Virus record (IMG/VR): IMGVR_UViG_3300041402_001073
Location: 1 to 57,821 of that record
Length of the DNA: 57,821 nucleotides
Strand: one strand, 5' to 3'
From: a virus
Lineage: Duplodnaviria > Caudoviricetes
Numbering within the stretch: the stretch's first letter is position 1; each line of letters starts with the position of its first letter. This document shows, one piece after another, positions 33,687-42,484 of this stretch. Both the position numbers and the translations under genes were made by a program. A model generated the notes under the pieces. That model saw nothing but the letters and a program-made list of their open reading frames with translations. It had not been told where the DNA came from and searched no databases.

Positions 33687-34396
33687 GCTTTAATCACCTT
33701 CCTTCTTTTCACTGGCTCAGTAGATTTAATCAAACTCCCCATATTTTTAGGAATCAACCAATCTTCATTTTTAAGAATAGCAGCGTAATGTTTTATATAT
33801 GGGTCCTTTTTCTTTGTCTCAATATGTTGGCTTAATCTTTCGACCATAGCTTTAGCAACATCTTTCCCATATTTATTTTTTAATTTTTCTACCTCATCAA
33901 GTGTTAATAAAATATTTTTAAATTCCCCGTAAGCATTCTTTTTAGGTTCTTCTGGTTCTAAGGGATTCTTCTTTGTCCCTTCACCGTCCCTTCCCTGTCC
34001 TTTTGCTGTCCTTTTGCTGTCCTTTTTCCCGTTTTCCCATCCAAGATAAACCTTTAGATTTACTAGGCTTATTATAGTTCTATGACTGTCCCTTTTTTTA
34101 AACAAAATAGATTCTCTTTTTTCCAAATACTCAAGGAAGTGTATAACTTTATTTTTAGACCATTGCCATCTAATTCCGAGGAACCTGGCGGATATATATA
34201 TGTCTCCAAACTCCAAAACATATGACCCTCGCTTATCTAACAAAGTCTCCGGCTCTTCACCCCATCGAGCCATCTCTATTAAATCTATCCATGCCTCAGC
34301 TTTAGAATATTTCCTTTTCTCTTGCCACAATTCACTATCAAAGAATTTGCGGTAGAGCTTTATATATCCGTTATCTATGGTTCTTTTATCTGGCAT
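33683..34396 (-). CDS. Phage replication initiator (lambda O/DnaD-like)
   Basis: GYIKLYRK N-terminus, winged-helix region, internal iterons, upstream of dnaB. Confidence 0.8.
   Translation of the reverse strand: MPDKRTIDNGYIKLYRKFFDSELWQEKRKYSKAEAWIDLIEMARWGEEPETLLDKRGSYVLEFGDIYISARFLGIRWQWSKNKVIHFLEYLEKRESILFKKRDSHRTIISLVNLKVYLGWENGKKDSKRTAKGQGRDGEGTKKNPLEPEEPKKNAYGEFKNILLTLDEVEKLKNKYGKDVAKAMVERLSQHIETKKKDPYIKHYAAILKNEDWLIPKNMGSLIKSTEPVKRRKVIKA
33973..34096. repeat. Iterons of the putative replication origin
   Basis: Five tandem 11-mers YYGTCCYTTYN (33973-34027) plus CTGTCCCTTTT at 34086, next to an AT-rich tract (~33870-33925). Confidence 0.75.
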
Positions 34397-34826
34397 GATT
34401 ATTTTTTAGTAAAGAAAGTGAGTCCAGATATTTAGATCTCAATTCTTGTTGTATTTTAGGGTTTGTTAATATCCAGTGAATAATCGTAGAGATAGAATCT
34501 GGGTCTTCAGCCAGATCTATTTCATGAAAACCCATCGAAATTATTAACATGTCATTTAACGAGAAGTTCTTCTTAATGGAATCTGTTAAAAACCGACTAA
34601 TAAGAGGTTCGTTGGAGTGAAATTCTTTATGGCAACCCTCACATAAAGACTGTAATAAGTTATTGTCATAATCCCACGGCTCTTTATTTTTTACATAAAC
34701 ATTATGATGAACATGTAAGGTTGATTTATCGCTACCACAGTTTGTGCAGCACCACCCGTCTCTCTCCAATATCTCCAGTCTCTTCTTCTGCCACCTTGGA
34801 TCTTTGAGTTTTTCTTGGTAAGTCAT
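34386..34826 (-). CDS. HNH-family protein
   Basis: YQEKLKDPRWQKKRLEILERD..CTNCG...LHVHH...LCEGCH. Confidence 0.8.
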   Translation of the reverse strand: MTYQEKLKDPRWQKKRLEILERDGWCCTNCGSDKSTLHVHHNVYVKNKEPWDYDNNLLQSLCEGCHKEFHSNEPLISRFLTDSIKKNFSLNDMLIISMGFHEIDLAEDPDSISTIIHWILTNPKIQQELRSKYLDSLSLLKNNHAR

Positions 34827-35833
34827 TATACCCTCCTAAATTCCACTACCCATACAAAAGGATTATCTGCCCAGTTTTTATAGATTGAATTCCAAAGAGC
34901 TTGAAAAGCACCAGTTGGGCTACCGTGTCCATTTACTGCACCACCATTAAATCCATAAGCATAATCGTTTTTGTGAGGCCACTTTTTTAATCCTTCGGCA
35001 AGAGCATCTTCACGTGTTATGTCCTGCACCCTCTCGATTCTGATATCTGTTATTTCAAGATTGATACGGGAAGCTACACGAGGCATATTTGGAGGATTAG
35101 CAACCGTATTTTCACTCCACACCTTATTGTTAACAATTGCCCAAATTAGAGACTGAGAGACCTCGTATTTTTTTGACAAAGATCTTTGTGATATATTCCC
35201 GCAAAGATAATCACCTCTAATATCTTTTACGATCTCGTGGCTTAATTTTGAGTTATGATGGCTTTCTCCCATTCCAGTGCCATGAACAGCCCTATCAGAC
35301 CAGTTGTCTTCCTGTGTTCCCCAATCAAGATTGTCAGGAGCATTATTTAACTGATCACCATCAAGATGTCTAACTTGCTTAAATCCTTTTGGTTCATATC
35401 CGTAATATGCTTCAGCAACCAATCTATGAATCAACCTAGTTTTATATTTTCCACCAACCGATGGAGTAACGCAAAGATAACCCTTGGAAGTAGGGGCCCC
35501 TTTTAATATTTTCCAAGTTCTGCCATCTCGCGCCCTAGACCAAATACGCCCATAGGTATCTGCACAATAATTGCGGTTTAAAGAAGGGATTTCCATCGCA
35601 GGAATAAGCCGATCACCCAATTGACCATAAGGACAATACTTAACAACATCTTTAACGGAAACAGCTTCATGGTCTAAGTTCCATCCGTGGAAAAATGTTC
35701 CAAAACAACCTGGGACAGACTCGTTTTCTCTATGTTCAGGCTGAGGCTTTACTAAACGCCGCGTCTGAGTCTTCCGTCCATCAAGTAAAGCTTTCACCAT
35801 TTCTGTATTGTATAAAATAGGACGTTCTTTCAT
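34826..35833 (-). CDS. ASCH-like phage protein carrying an in-frame NUMOD4/HNH/HTH insertion
   Basis: MKERPILY..MVKALLDGRKTQTRR...CPYGQLGDRL [IHRLVAEAY, VRHLDGDQLNN..NLDWGTQEDN] MPRVASRINLEITDIRIERVQDI...NPFVWVVEF. Confidence 0.75.
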   Translation of the reverse strand: MKERPILYNTEMVKALLDGRKTQTRRLVKPQPEHRENESVPGCFGTFFHGWNLDHEAVSVKDVVKYCPYGQLGDRLIPAMEIPSLNRNYCADTYGRIWSRARDGRTWKILKGAPTSKGYLCVTPSVGGKYKTRLIHRLVAEAYYGYEPKGFKQVRHLDGDQLNNAPDNLDWGTQEDNWSDRAVHGTGMGESHHNSKLSHEIVKDIRGDYLCGNISQRSLSKKYEVSQSLIWAIVNNKVWSENTVANPPNMPRVASRINLEITDIRIERVQDITREDALAEGLKKWPHKNDYAYGFNGGAVNGHGSPTGAFQALWNSIYKNWADNPFVWVVEFRRV

Positions 35834-35851
35834 GAATGCTCCTTAAAATGA

Positions 35852-35993
35852 GAAACCCCCAACAGGGCTCGTGGTTCCTGAAGGGGGTTTCAATGCTTGT
35901 CCATAAAAGAACAAACTTTAACTATTAAATCCCACGAGGACTATTAAGCTGATCTGTGCCTTCAATCTACCAGACTAAATCTACCTTTGTCAA
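35852..35993 (-). promoter_or_regulatory. Sigma70 promoter plus pseudoknotted leader hairpin
   Basis: TTGACA-18-TAGATT; hairpin GAAACCCCC..GGGGGTTTC whose loop CCACGAG pairs with upstream CTCGTGG. Confidence 0.6.
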
Positions 35994-36002
35994 TAATAAT
36001 AA

Positions 36003-36139
36003 GCCGGTATCTGACAATTGATCAGGTAAACCGGCAGCCCTGATTATAAAGGTCCCTTAAGGGTCTAAGTATTTTACGGACTCTACCCTTAAAGGAGGCG
36101 CGCATTGTCAGCAACTTTGCCATAATAATGTAAGAGTCC
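36003..36139 (-). ncRNA. Candidate structured intergenic RNA with alternative pairings
   Basis: GGACUCU/AGAGUCC, UCCUUUAAGGGU/ACCCUUAAGGGA, CUGACAAU/AUUGUCAG, GCCGGU/ACCGGC. Confidence 0.4.
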
Positions 36140-36153
36140 AACCTCACGGAAAA

Positions 36154-36516
36154 TTAAAATTTGAAGTCTATTTTAGGCTGAGGAATAAACCTACTTTTAA
36201 TGTAAAACAATATTCTGAATTCCTCTGGGCAGTCTTTCAACGTCTCTCCTACTGGAACATCGTTCATATGTCTTACTGAAGGTTCATTCATACAAAATCT
36301 GTGAAACTCTTCCGGATACTTGACAGCAATAATGCCGTCAATAACGCTGGTCACATCGGCAGTTATGCGCTTAAATTCGTCATTTGTGTATCTTAGATCG
36401 TTGCTCTCATCAGTCAACTTCTCGTATTCCTTGTCAACTTCCCTTTTTTGCTGGGAAAGTTCCAGAATTGCATCTTCCAGCCTTTCTACTTTTGCTTCTA
36501 AATCTTTTTTCAACAT
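36154..36516 (-). CDS. Coiled-coil hypothetical protein
   Basis: AAGGAGG RBS. Confidence 0.55.
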   Translation of the reverse strand: MLKKDLEAKVERLEDAILELSQQKREVDKEYEKLTDESNDLRYTNDEFKRITADVTSVIDGIIAVKYPEEFHRFCMNEPSVRHMNDVPVGETLKDCPEEFRILFYIKSRFIPQPKIDFKF

Positions 36517-36528
36517 GTCGTACCTCCT

Positions 36529-37152
36529 TTATAAATTCCAACTAGTATATTCGCTAGGTTTAATTATTGTCGGTGCTGGTTCAAGCGGTTCAGGCATACC
36601 TTCAAATTTATCGTAATATTTTATGAGGCCGAGAAGTTTCTCCCTTATTGCAACTTCCTCACTTCTTACAAGTATTTCCTGCTCGGCCTGCTTTATGAGC
36701 CCTAAGATAGTGTTGCCCACAATATCAAACTTGACTCCTTCTTTTGTCTTCAACGCTTCTTTTTGTCCACTCATGCTATTGATAGCTTTCTGGCACAACG
36801 CGATTTCTTCCTTGAGGTCGTCTATTGCGTCAGTTATTTCTTCCTCTATTTCGTTAATGAGATGAGAGGAGGGAATATCTCTTGCTAGACATCCGTTGAT
36901 TATTTGTGCAAGCAATCCCTGAATTTTAGCCATATCAGCATCTTTCCTGGAGAAACCATACTCATCATACATCTCTCTCTCTTCAACATCTGACAGCACA
37001 TCGTAAGCCATTTGGATATCAATGAATGCCTCAGAATGATCCCCACCGTTTTTATCTGGATGATGTTCTTTGGCAAGGTAGCGATAAGCTTTCTTAATAT
37101 CATCCTTTGTGGCATTGCTGTCTAAGCCTAGAATTTCGTAGTAATCTCTCAC
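36529..37152 (-). CDS. DnaJ (J-domain) protein, class C
   Basis: DYYEILGL...IKKAYR.LA.EHHPDKN...AYDVLSD...R..YD.YG. Confidence 0.9.
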   Translation of the reverse strand: MRDYYEILGLDSNATKDDIKKAYRYLAKEHHPDKNGGDHSEAFIDIQMAYDVLSDVEEREMYDEYGFSRKDADMAKIQGLLAQIINGCLARDIPSSHLINEIEEEITDAIDDLKEEIALCQKAINSMSGQKEALKTKEGVKFDIVGNTILGLIKQAEQEILVRSEEVAIREKLLGLIKYYDKFEGMPEPLEPAPTIIKPSEYTSWNL

Positions 37153-37541
37153 AATATCACCTCTTCAATTTTAATCATAACGCCCGGTACAAATCCCTCT
37201 GAGACGTATTCTTTTGTGGCATGCAACTCGACTATCTGGGCATCATCCTTGTAGGCCAATTTATTTAAAGCATCCTTTGTTCCCTTGCAATAGTTGTCCA
37301 CATCGCCAACAGGATAAGGATTGGCTGGTTTTTTAGGCCGCTTAATGCGGAAGGTAAGGGATATCTTTAAAGGGCCCTCAAGTGGCTTAACTCCGGCAGC
37401 CTGAGCCTGAAGAGCAACGACCTCTTTCCATGCTTTAGATTTTGGTGGATCGTAGACCGTGACAAATTTCCCCCTTCTTGCGAATTTAGGTCGGCCTTGA
37501 GGTGCGGGATGGCCTGCAATGAAAAATTGAATTGACATCAT
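37149..37541 (-). CDS. rusA: RusA-family Holliday junction resolvase
   Basis: [32 protein letters not shown]. Confidence 0.88.
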   Translation of the reverse strand: MMSIQFFIAGHPAPQGRPKFARRGKFVTVYDPPKSKAWKEVVALQAQAAGVKPLEGPLKISLTFRIKRPKKPANPYPVGDVDNYCKGTKDALNKLAYKDDAQIVELHATKEYVSEGFVPGVMIKIEEVIL

Positions 37542-38077
37542 TTCTCCTTTGGCCAGCTTAGTTTCATTGTCATTTTCGGTTTATTGGGTAGGTCACGAGG
37601 CAATGATTGCTTCTCAGCAGAAGGCATCATGTCTCCATCTCCGTCCTCATACCACCTCACCCCCTCAATAACAATTTCCTCAACATCCTCTTTTACTGGA
37701 GATGGGGATACACGAGTCCAGTGCTGAAAATTACCGTCATATTCGGAAATTTTGTTAGACTTAGGAGTGCCGTCACCTATTCCAATGCCAACAAGTATCA
37801 AGTCGCCTTCTTCATCTTCCTCGGTATGCCAAAAGGTTCCATTTGGAGATGTCCATAGCTCCCCTACCTCCTCTGGTGCTATCTGTCCTACTGGATGGTA
37901 GGGTTCGTAATCTTCAAATATTTCTTCGTGCGTTAAAGCACACCTTTTAAGATCATTAGATTTCCCAAACCAACACAATTCTCCTTCGTGCCATGCAACA
38001 TAACCTGTTATACCGTTACAAGGGTTATGTTTATTTATCGCCTTCTCTGTTTCCTTCAAAACATCTTGTATTTTCAT
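37538..38077 (-). CDS. Hypothetical protein
   Basis: Coupled overlaps; GGAGG RBS. Confidence 0.55.
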   Translation of the reverse strand: MKIQDVLKETEKAINKHNPCNGITGYVAWHEGELCWFGKSNDLKRCALTHEEIFEDYEPYHPVGQIAPEEVGELWTSPNGTFWHTEEDEEGDLILVGIGIGDGTPKSNKISEYDGNFQHWTRVSPSPVKEDVEEIVIEGVRWYEDGDGDMMPSAEKQSLPRDLPNKPKMTMKLSWPKEK

Positions 38078-38385
38078 GGTCTATCCTCCAATTCTGTTTC
38101 GTTTTCGTTATTAAAAAGACGAGCAGGCAAGCCAAGCTGAGAGAGAAATTCCTTTTTAAATAACTCCATATTCTGTCTATTGGCTTCTATTCCTACAGCA
38201 AAAGAAGGGTATAGTTTTTGTAATCGTAAAGCCTCATCCTTGTAAAACTCCATGTCGCTGTATATATCTTTAATCATGGTCTCTCTAGCCGCACCTGAGG
38301 ACTTAATTCCTACAAATATTCCTGCATGTAGGCCGATAAATAATCCAATAAGTACCGGAATTACATATTTACGTTTCTTTTTCAA
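38074..38385 (-). CDS. Membrane-anchored hypothetical protein
   Basis: Basic N-terminus plus one TM segment. Confidence 0.5.
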   Translation of the reverse strand: MKKKRKYVIPVLIGLFIGLHAGIFVGIKSSGAARETMIKDIYSDMEFYKDEALRLQKLYPSFAVGIEANRQNMELFKKEFLSQLGLPARLFNNENETELEDRP

Positions 38386-38449
38386 TCAAAACTCCCACTT
38401 TTGGCGTTTATTTGTCATGTTGTATCGCATGCGGTCCGTATATTATAGG

Positions 38450-38854
38450 TTATGTCTCTAATGCTTTAATAGCTTTTTTCAGCAGCTTTATGGCTCCAAT
38501 AAGCCCATCATCCTTGCACCATTTCTTGAGCGATCTCGCTATTTTTGAAGGTGGTTGCCTGTTGTCAACTCCGCTAACGCACTCTTTATCTGTTATGTAT
38601 ATCGCAGGTGGCGCTAATGGATTTAATGTACTAATAGGGTATGCTGCAACCATTTGTCCGTTAGCTAATCGTATACCCATCAACCATGCCTTATCGTACA
38701 CAGTATCAGTGTCTATACCTGCGCTGGCAATCTTGGCTAGGGCTTTCTCGTTTAAGGTAGTTAGATTGATAGACATAACCCCACGCTCATCTTTGCAATT
38801 CCCCCTACATCTGGGGTTTCTACAGTATTCCATATGCCCTATATGTTTTCCCAT
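38450..38854 (-). CDS. Hypothetical protein
   Basis: GGAGGG RBS. Confidence 0.5.
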   Translation of the reverse strand: MGKHIGHMEYCRNPRCRGNCKDERGVMSINLTTLNEKALAKIASAGIDTDTVYDKAWLMGIRLANGQMVAAYPISTLNPLAPPAIYITDKECVSGVDNRQPPSKIARSLKKWCKDDGLIGAIKLLKKAIKALET

Positions 38855-38883
38855 AATCCCTCCGCTTGCTGGTTAGCTTTTCG

Positions 38884-39120
38884 TTATAATTTTAATTCCT
38901 TATCCCTTAAGTCGTCACAAAATCCACATCTTCCACCACCAGTATGAGTATCACAGTCAGGACAATGCTCGGAAGGCGGTTCCATTTCGTATGTTTTAAG
39001 GCCTATAATATCTCTGGCATTATTAGCACAGGATAGGCACATATATATTCTGATTGCACTTTGAGCAAGTCCTTTTCTCCAGTGTGTTGCTTTTTTTTCG
39101 GGATGTAAATCGCAATTCAT
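38884..39120 (-). CDS. Cys-rich hypothetical protein
   Basis: AAGGAG RBS before ATG 39120; CxxH/CxxC pairs. Confidence 0.5.
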   Translation of the reverse strand: MNCDLHPEKKATHWRKGLAQSAIRIYMCLSCANNARDIIGLKTYEMEPPSEHCPDCDTHTGGGRCGFCDDLRDKELKL

Positions 39121-39262
39121 ATTATCTCCTTTAAAATGGAGGGAGGACACTACTCCTCCCTCCTACTACCCTATATAACGTAGACACCTTATGTGTCCTC
39201 GGCTAAGGTCTGCCGCAACCCTTTGTTAGCGGCCCATAAGTCATCACCTCCCGTTATTTAAA

Positions 39263-39343
39263 GGACAGGTGGTACGACGCATGAATAACTGTCAGCCAAT
39301 CCTGCGTCTACATGCTTAGACTTTTCTCTGGCTCCACCTGCCC
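39263..39343 (-). ncRNA. Candidate three-way-junction RNA with kissing loops
   Basis: P1 GGGCAGGUGG/CCACCUGUCC, AGCCA/UGGCU, GUCUA/UAGAC; loops GCAUG and CAUGC are complementary. Confidence 0.45.
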
Positions 39344-39349
39344 ATCTCT

Positions 39350-40393
39350 TTAACTCTCTGAATCAATTCTGTTTTGCAGCTGACTGAGTGCCCTTGTAAG
39401 ATCCTCGTCGGAAGCCTTGTTAATATCTTCAATAAATGTAGGTACGCCGTCCTTTTCACGATACGAGACTTCCTGAAGAACTTGCTGGGACATGATCATG
39501 TCGCCGTTGCAGTAAGTGTCCAACGCTACCATGAGCTTTTCTTTAGGAGTTCTGTCGGCTTCTTTCTTTGTGGTAGCCTTGCGACCTGTCTTGACTTCAG
39601 CCTTTTTCTCAGTTTTTTTGAATTTATCCATTACATCTTGAGCTCCGCCAGGTTTTTCTTCAACATCTGGAGAGAATGCCATTTCAACAGTAGTATCTCC
39701 ATCTTTAATGGCGGTGGCAAGGCCCCTGAGAATAACAATATGATCAAGACCAATATCCTCTATGCCGGGAACTCCAAGTTTTTCGCAAACCATTTCCTCA
39801 GTGGCACCCATCTTTTGAAGGAAACCGAGGGCATCAGCTCTTCTGTTCGCAAGAGTCTGGGCATCACCCATAACAGTTTTCCTTGCCGCTTCATACATAT
39901 CATCCCAAAAAGCCTTTGGTACGCCCTTTAGGATAGCATTACGGAGACCTATAGAGCATGCTGCGTTGGCAGTCACACCAATCATATCGGGCTTAAACCT
40001 TTTACCATGCTTGTCGGTAATTCTACGTTTAACCTCATAGGTGATGGAAACATTCCTTTCAAGGTCGTGGAATATGCCTTGAGCAATAATAAAGTCCTTT
40101 TCCTCTCCGACTACCCTGGCACCGGCTCTACAATTCCCCCATGCTGAGGCAACAACTTCAGCAAACCTTGCGCTTGGGCCTTCAATGTTCTTGCCTGCCC
40201 GAGGAAGAGCATATATGCACTCTCCGGCTATCTTCTCGGTAAGAGTTACCATGTCCAGGCATTCCTTCCTGAATGCTTTTATGGAACGAGGGTATTGCTT
40301 TGCTGTCGCTATTTGCGTATCGATCTCTGCCTTACTTAAGGTTGCGAGGGTATCGCTGCTGGCCACTTCTACTTCCATTTCATTTTCTGCCAT
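39350..40393 (-). CDS. Putative ssDNA-annealing/recombination protein
   Basis: EIDTQIATAKQYPRS...YALPRAGKNIEGPSARFAE...WGN family, in the exonuclease/ATPase recombination module. Confidence 0.55.
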   Translation of the reverse strand: MAENEMEVEVASSDTLATLSKAEIDTQIATAKQYPRSIKAFRKECLDMVTLTEKIAGECIYALPRAGKNIEGPSARFAEVVASAWGNCRAGARVVGEEKDFIIAQGIFHDLERNVSITYEVKRRITDKHGKRFKPDMIGVTANAACSIGLRNAILKGVPKAFWDDMYEAARKTVMGDAQTLANRRADALGFLQKMGATEEMVCEKLGVPGIEDIGLDHIVILRGLATAIKDGDTTVEMAFSPDVEEKPGGAQDVMDKFKKTEKKAEVKTGRKATTKKEADRTPKEKLMVALDTYCNGDMIMSQQVLQEVSYREKDGVPTFIEDINKASDEDLTRALSQLQNRIDSES

Positions 40394-40431
40394 GACTTAC
40401 TCCTTTAAAAAGTTAACTAATCTTTCGTTGC

Positions 40432-40680
40432 TCAGGTTAAATATATTTTTTCAAGTTCTTGCCGATCATAAGGACTGTTAATAGTCACCAGAAATATGAG
40501 CCAACTAATATTTATTTCGTATTTATAAACCCACCCATATTTTAGATTGATTTCAATGTGAGGCAACCAATAACACCACCACCTACCAAATTGAGGATTT
40601 GAGCCAGCCTCTTTACAGCGTTGTCTTTCTTCCTCTGATTCACATTTTGCGCTTACTATAAAATCTATTTTCATTCTCAA
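40432..40680 (-). CDS. Hypothetical protein
   Basis: ORF track; in operon direction. Confidence 0.4.
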   Translation of the reverse strand: MRMKIDFIVSAKCESEEERQRCKEAGSNPQFGRWWCYWLPHIEINLKYGWVYKYEINISWLIFLVTINSPYDRQELEKIYLT

Positions 40681-40698
40681 TTCTCTTTGTTAAAAGTT

Positions 40699-40776
40699 GG
40701 CGGGGGCAGTTGGTCTGCAATATCACCGATGTTCCCTATGTCACCGCATAATACCAGGCTACCACGCCACCCCGCC
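40699..40776 (-). ncRNA. Candidate tRNA-like cloverleaf ncRNA (not a canonical tRNA)
   Basis: GGCGGGG U GGC-GUGGUA-GCC U GGUAUUAU G CGGUG-ACAUAGGGAA-CAUCG GUGAUAUU GCAG-ACCAA-CUGC CCCCGCC A. Confidence 0.55.
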
Positions 40777-40781
40777 GTTAA

Positions 40782-41378
40782 TTACACTACGGGCACCATT
40801 GCCCTTTCTACCGTCCATCCCCTACTTAACCGCTTGCTTAAAGTACTATAATTTATTCCAAGCTCTTCTGCCCAGTCCACAAGTGGTTTAGTTTTCCCGT
40901 TGTAAGTCACAAGGTAGTTGTTTCTTCTGTTCCTCATCTGTTCCTTGCGAGTTGCCCACTTGCAGTTCATGGGGTAATATCCACTATCATTATGAATTCT
41001 TTCGATTGACATACCTTTAGGACGCTCACCCATATCCTGCAAGAAATTCTCAAAATCATACCATCTGTCGCAGACCTTAATACCGCGACCTCCATAGTCG
41101 TTATATCTTTTATCGTTTGAGTTGTTACAACGCGTCAACATTTTCTGCCATGATTTGTAAGCAGGCGTTCCTGACATGCCATGTGTCGTCATTCTTTCTT
41201 TGGTAATACAGCCACATGATTTAGTGGCACCACCCGTTAAATGGCCATGCCGTACCGTCGATGAATTACCACATTCACATTTTACATACCAATATTTCAG
41301 GTTGTGATTATTAGTGTGGCTAAAGCCTAGTACAGTAAGCCTACCAAACACTTTCCTAGTTAAGTCCTTTCCTTTCAT
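40782..41378 (-). CDS. HNH/AP2-type homing endonuclease
   Basis: DLTRKVFGRLTV, CECG, SCGC, YGGRGIKVCDRW..FENF..DMG, SIERIHN...Y.P.NCKWAT..EQ..N; in-frame upstream ATG at 41483. Confidence 0.85.
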   Translation of the reverse strand: MKGKDLTRKVFGRLTVLGFSHTNNHNLKYWYVKCECGNSSTVRHGHLTGGATKSCGCITKERMTTHGMSGTPAYKSWQKMLTRCNNSNDKRYNDYGGRGIKVCDRWYDFENFLQDMGERPKGMSIERIHNDSGYYPMNCKWATRKEQMRNRRNNYLVTYNGKTKPLVDWAEELGINYSTLSKRLSRGWTVERAMVPVV

Positions 41379-41406
41379 TATAACCTCCCTTGATTCAGAC
41401 GCAAAG

Positions 41407-41543
41407 AAGCCCGAGATTTGTCTACGCTCAAAGGAACGCCCCGGACCTCGCGGTGTCGGGAATCTCAGGCTTTCATTTAACATAAGTTTTACTCCTTTGA
41501 ATTAGACGATTAAAATCATAAGGGATTGAGATTAAAATGTCAA
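41407..41543 (-). promoter_or_regulatory. Sigma70 promoter plus leader hairpin pairing with the upstream RBS
   Basis: TTGACA-17-TATGAT; hairpin AAGCCUGAGAUU/AAUCUCGGGCUU whose loop UCCUUUGA..UAGAC pairs with 5' GUCUA..UCAAAGGA. Confidence 0.65.
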
Positions 41544-41544
41544 G

Positions 41545-42462
41545 CTAGTACCAATTGGTAGCTCCACAGATGGAGCAGGCGGAATTATCGATCCCGTCCT
41601 CTTCTACATCTTTCGGCTCATCAAAGCCTTCACCGCACTGTGCACAGGTATAAGTATGAGTTTTCTCTCCTTCATCCTTGGGCACCTCGGCAGCCTCAAC
41701 AGGAGTTTCCTCTTCCTCTACAGCTTCTGGCGGAGGAGTTGCCTCGCTGCAGTCTTTGACGCGATCACAATTGCCACACTCAGGATCATCGTCAACAAAA
41801 GTCCCAAAGCAATCTTCTGGAGCGTCGTCGCTGGCAGGCTCACCCTCTTCCTTGGCTTCATCTGGACCATCACTAGACTCTTCATGCCCTGGCTCACCTT
41901 CAGCTTCCTCGGTTCCTTCAGATCCAGCTACAGATTCCATTATGTTCTTGGCGTTGTCAGCAATATGCTGTTTGGTTTCCTCGGCCTGTTCTGCTAGACC
42001 TTCAACAGCTTGCTCTTTTTCCGGCTCAGGCTTCTTTTCTTTCTTTTCAGCCTTTTTATCCTCAGCCTTCTTCACGGCCTGGGACATCTCACCGTTTTCG
42101 TTCTTGCTCTCAATGAACTCCATATGCCTCTGGCGCTCCATGGCAGAAATGGTCTCACCCTTAACCCTTTCGCCAGTGTCTTTACGGTACAAGACTTTCT
42201 CGCCCTCGTCGAAGTTAAACTCCCAGAAGCAATTTACATCCCGAGCTTCTTTCTTGGTGATGACTTTACGCCCAAGAACATTCACTCCAGATTCAAGATG
42301 CTGAAGCTTGGCGCCATAGTCCTTCATTTTCTCTTTCTTTTCTGCCTCAACCTCAACCTTCCTCTGGTTAAGCTCGGCCATTTCCTGAGAATATTTAGCG
42401 ACTTCCTCCTCAGTTAACGCACATGATAAGTGCTCAACACAATCTTGTATTTCTGTACTCAT
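41545..42462 (-). CDS. Hypothetical protein (phage-type N-domain, acidic linker, two Cys clusters)
   Basis: LTEEEVAK...RDVNCFWEFNF...RKDTGE; CFG..C..C..C and CAQCG..CSICG. Confidence 0.6.
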   Translation of the reverse strand: MSTEIQDCVEHLSCALTEEEVAKYSQEMAELNQRKVEVEAEKKEKMKDYGAKLQHLESGVNVLGRKVITKKEARDVNCFWEFNFDEGEKVLYRKDTGERVKGETISAMERQRHMEFIESKNENGEMSQAVKKAEDKKAEKKEKKPEPEKEQAVEGLAEQAEETKQHIADNAKNIMESVAGSEGTEEAEGEPGHEESSDGPDEAKEEGEPASDDAPEDCFGTFVDDDPECGNCDRVKDCSEATPPPEAVEEEETPVEAAEVPKDEGEKTHTYTCAQCGEGFDEPKDVEEDGIDNSACSICGATNWY

Positions 42463-42484
42463 TTGTTACCTCCTGTTTAGTTTA

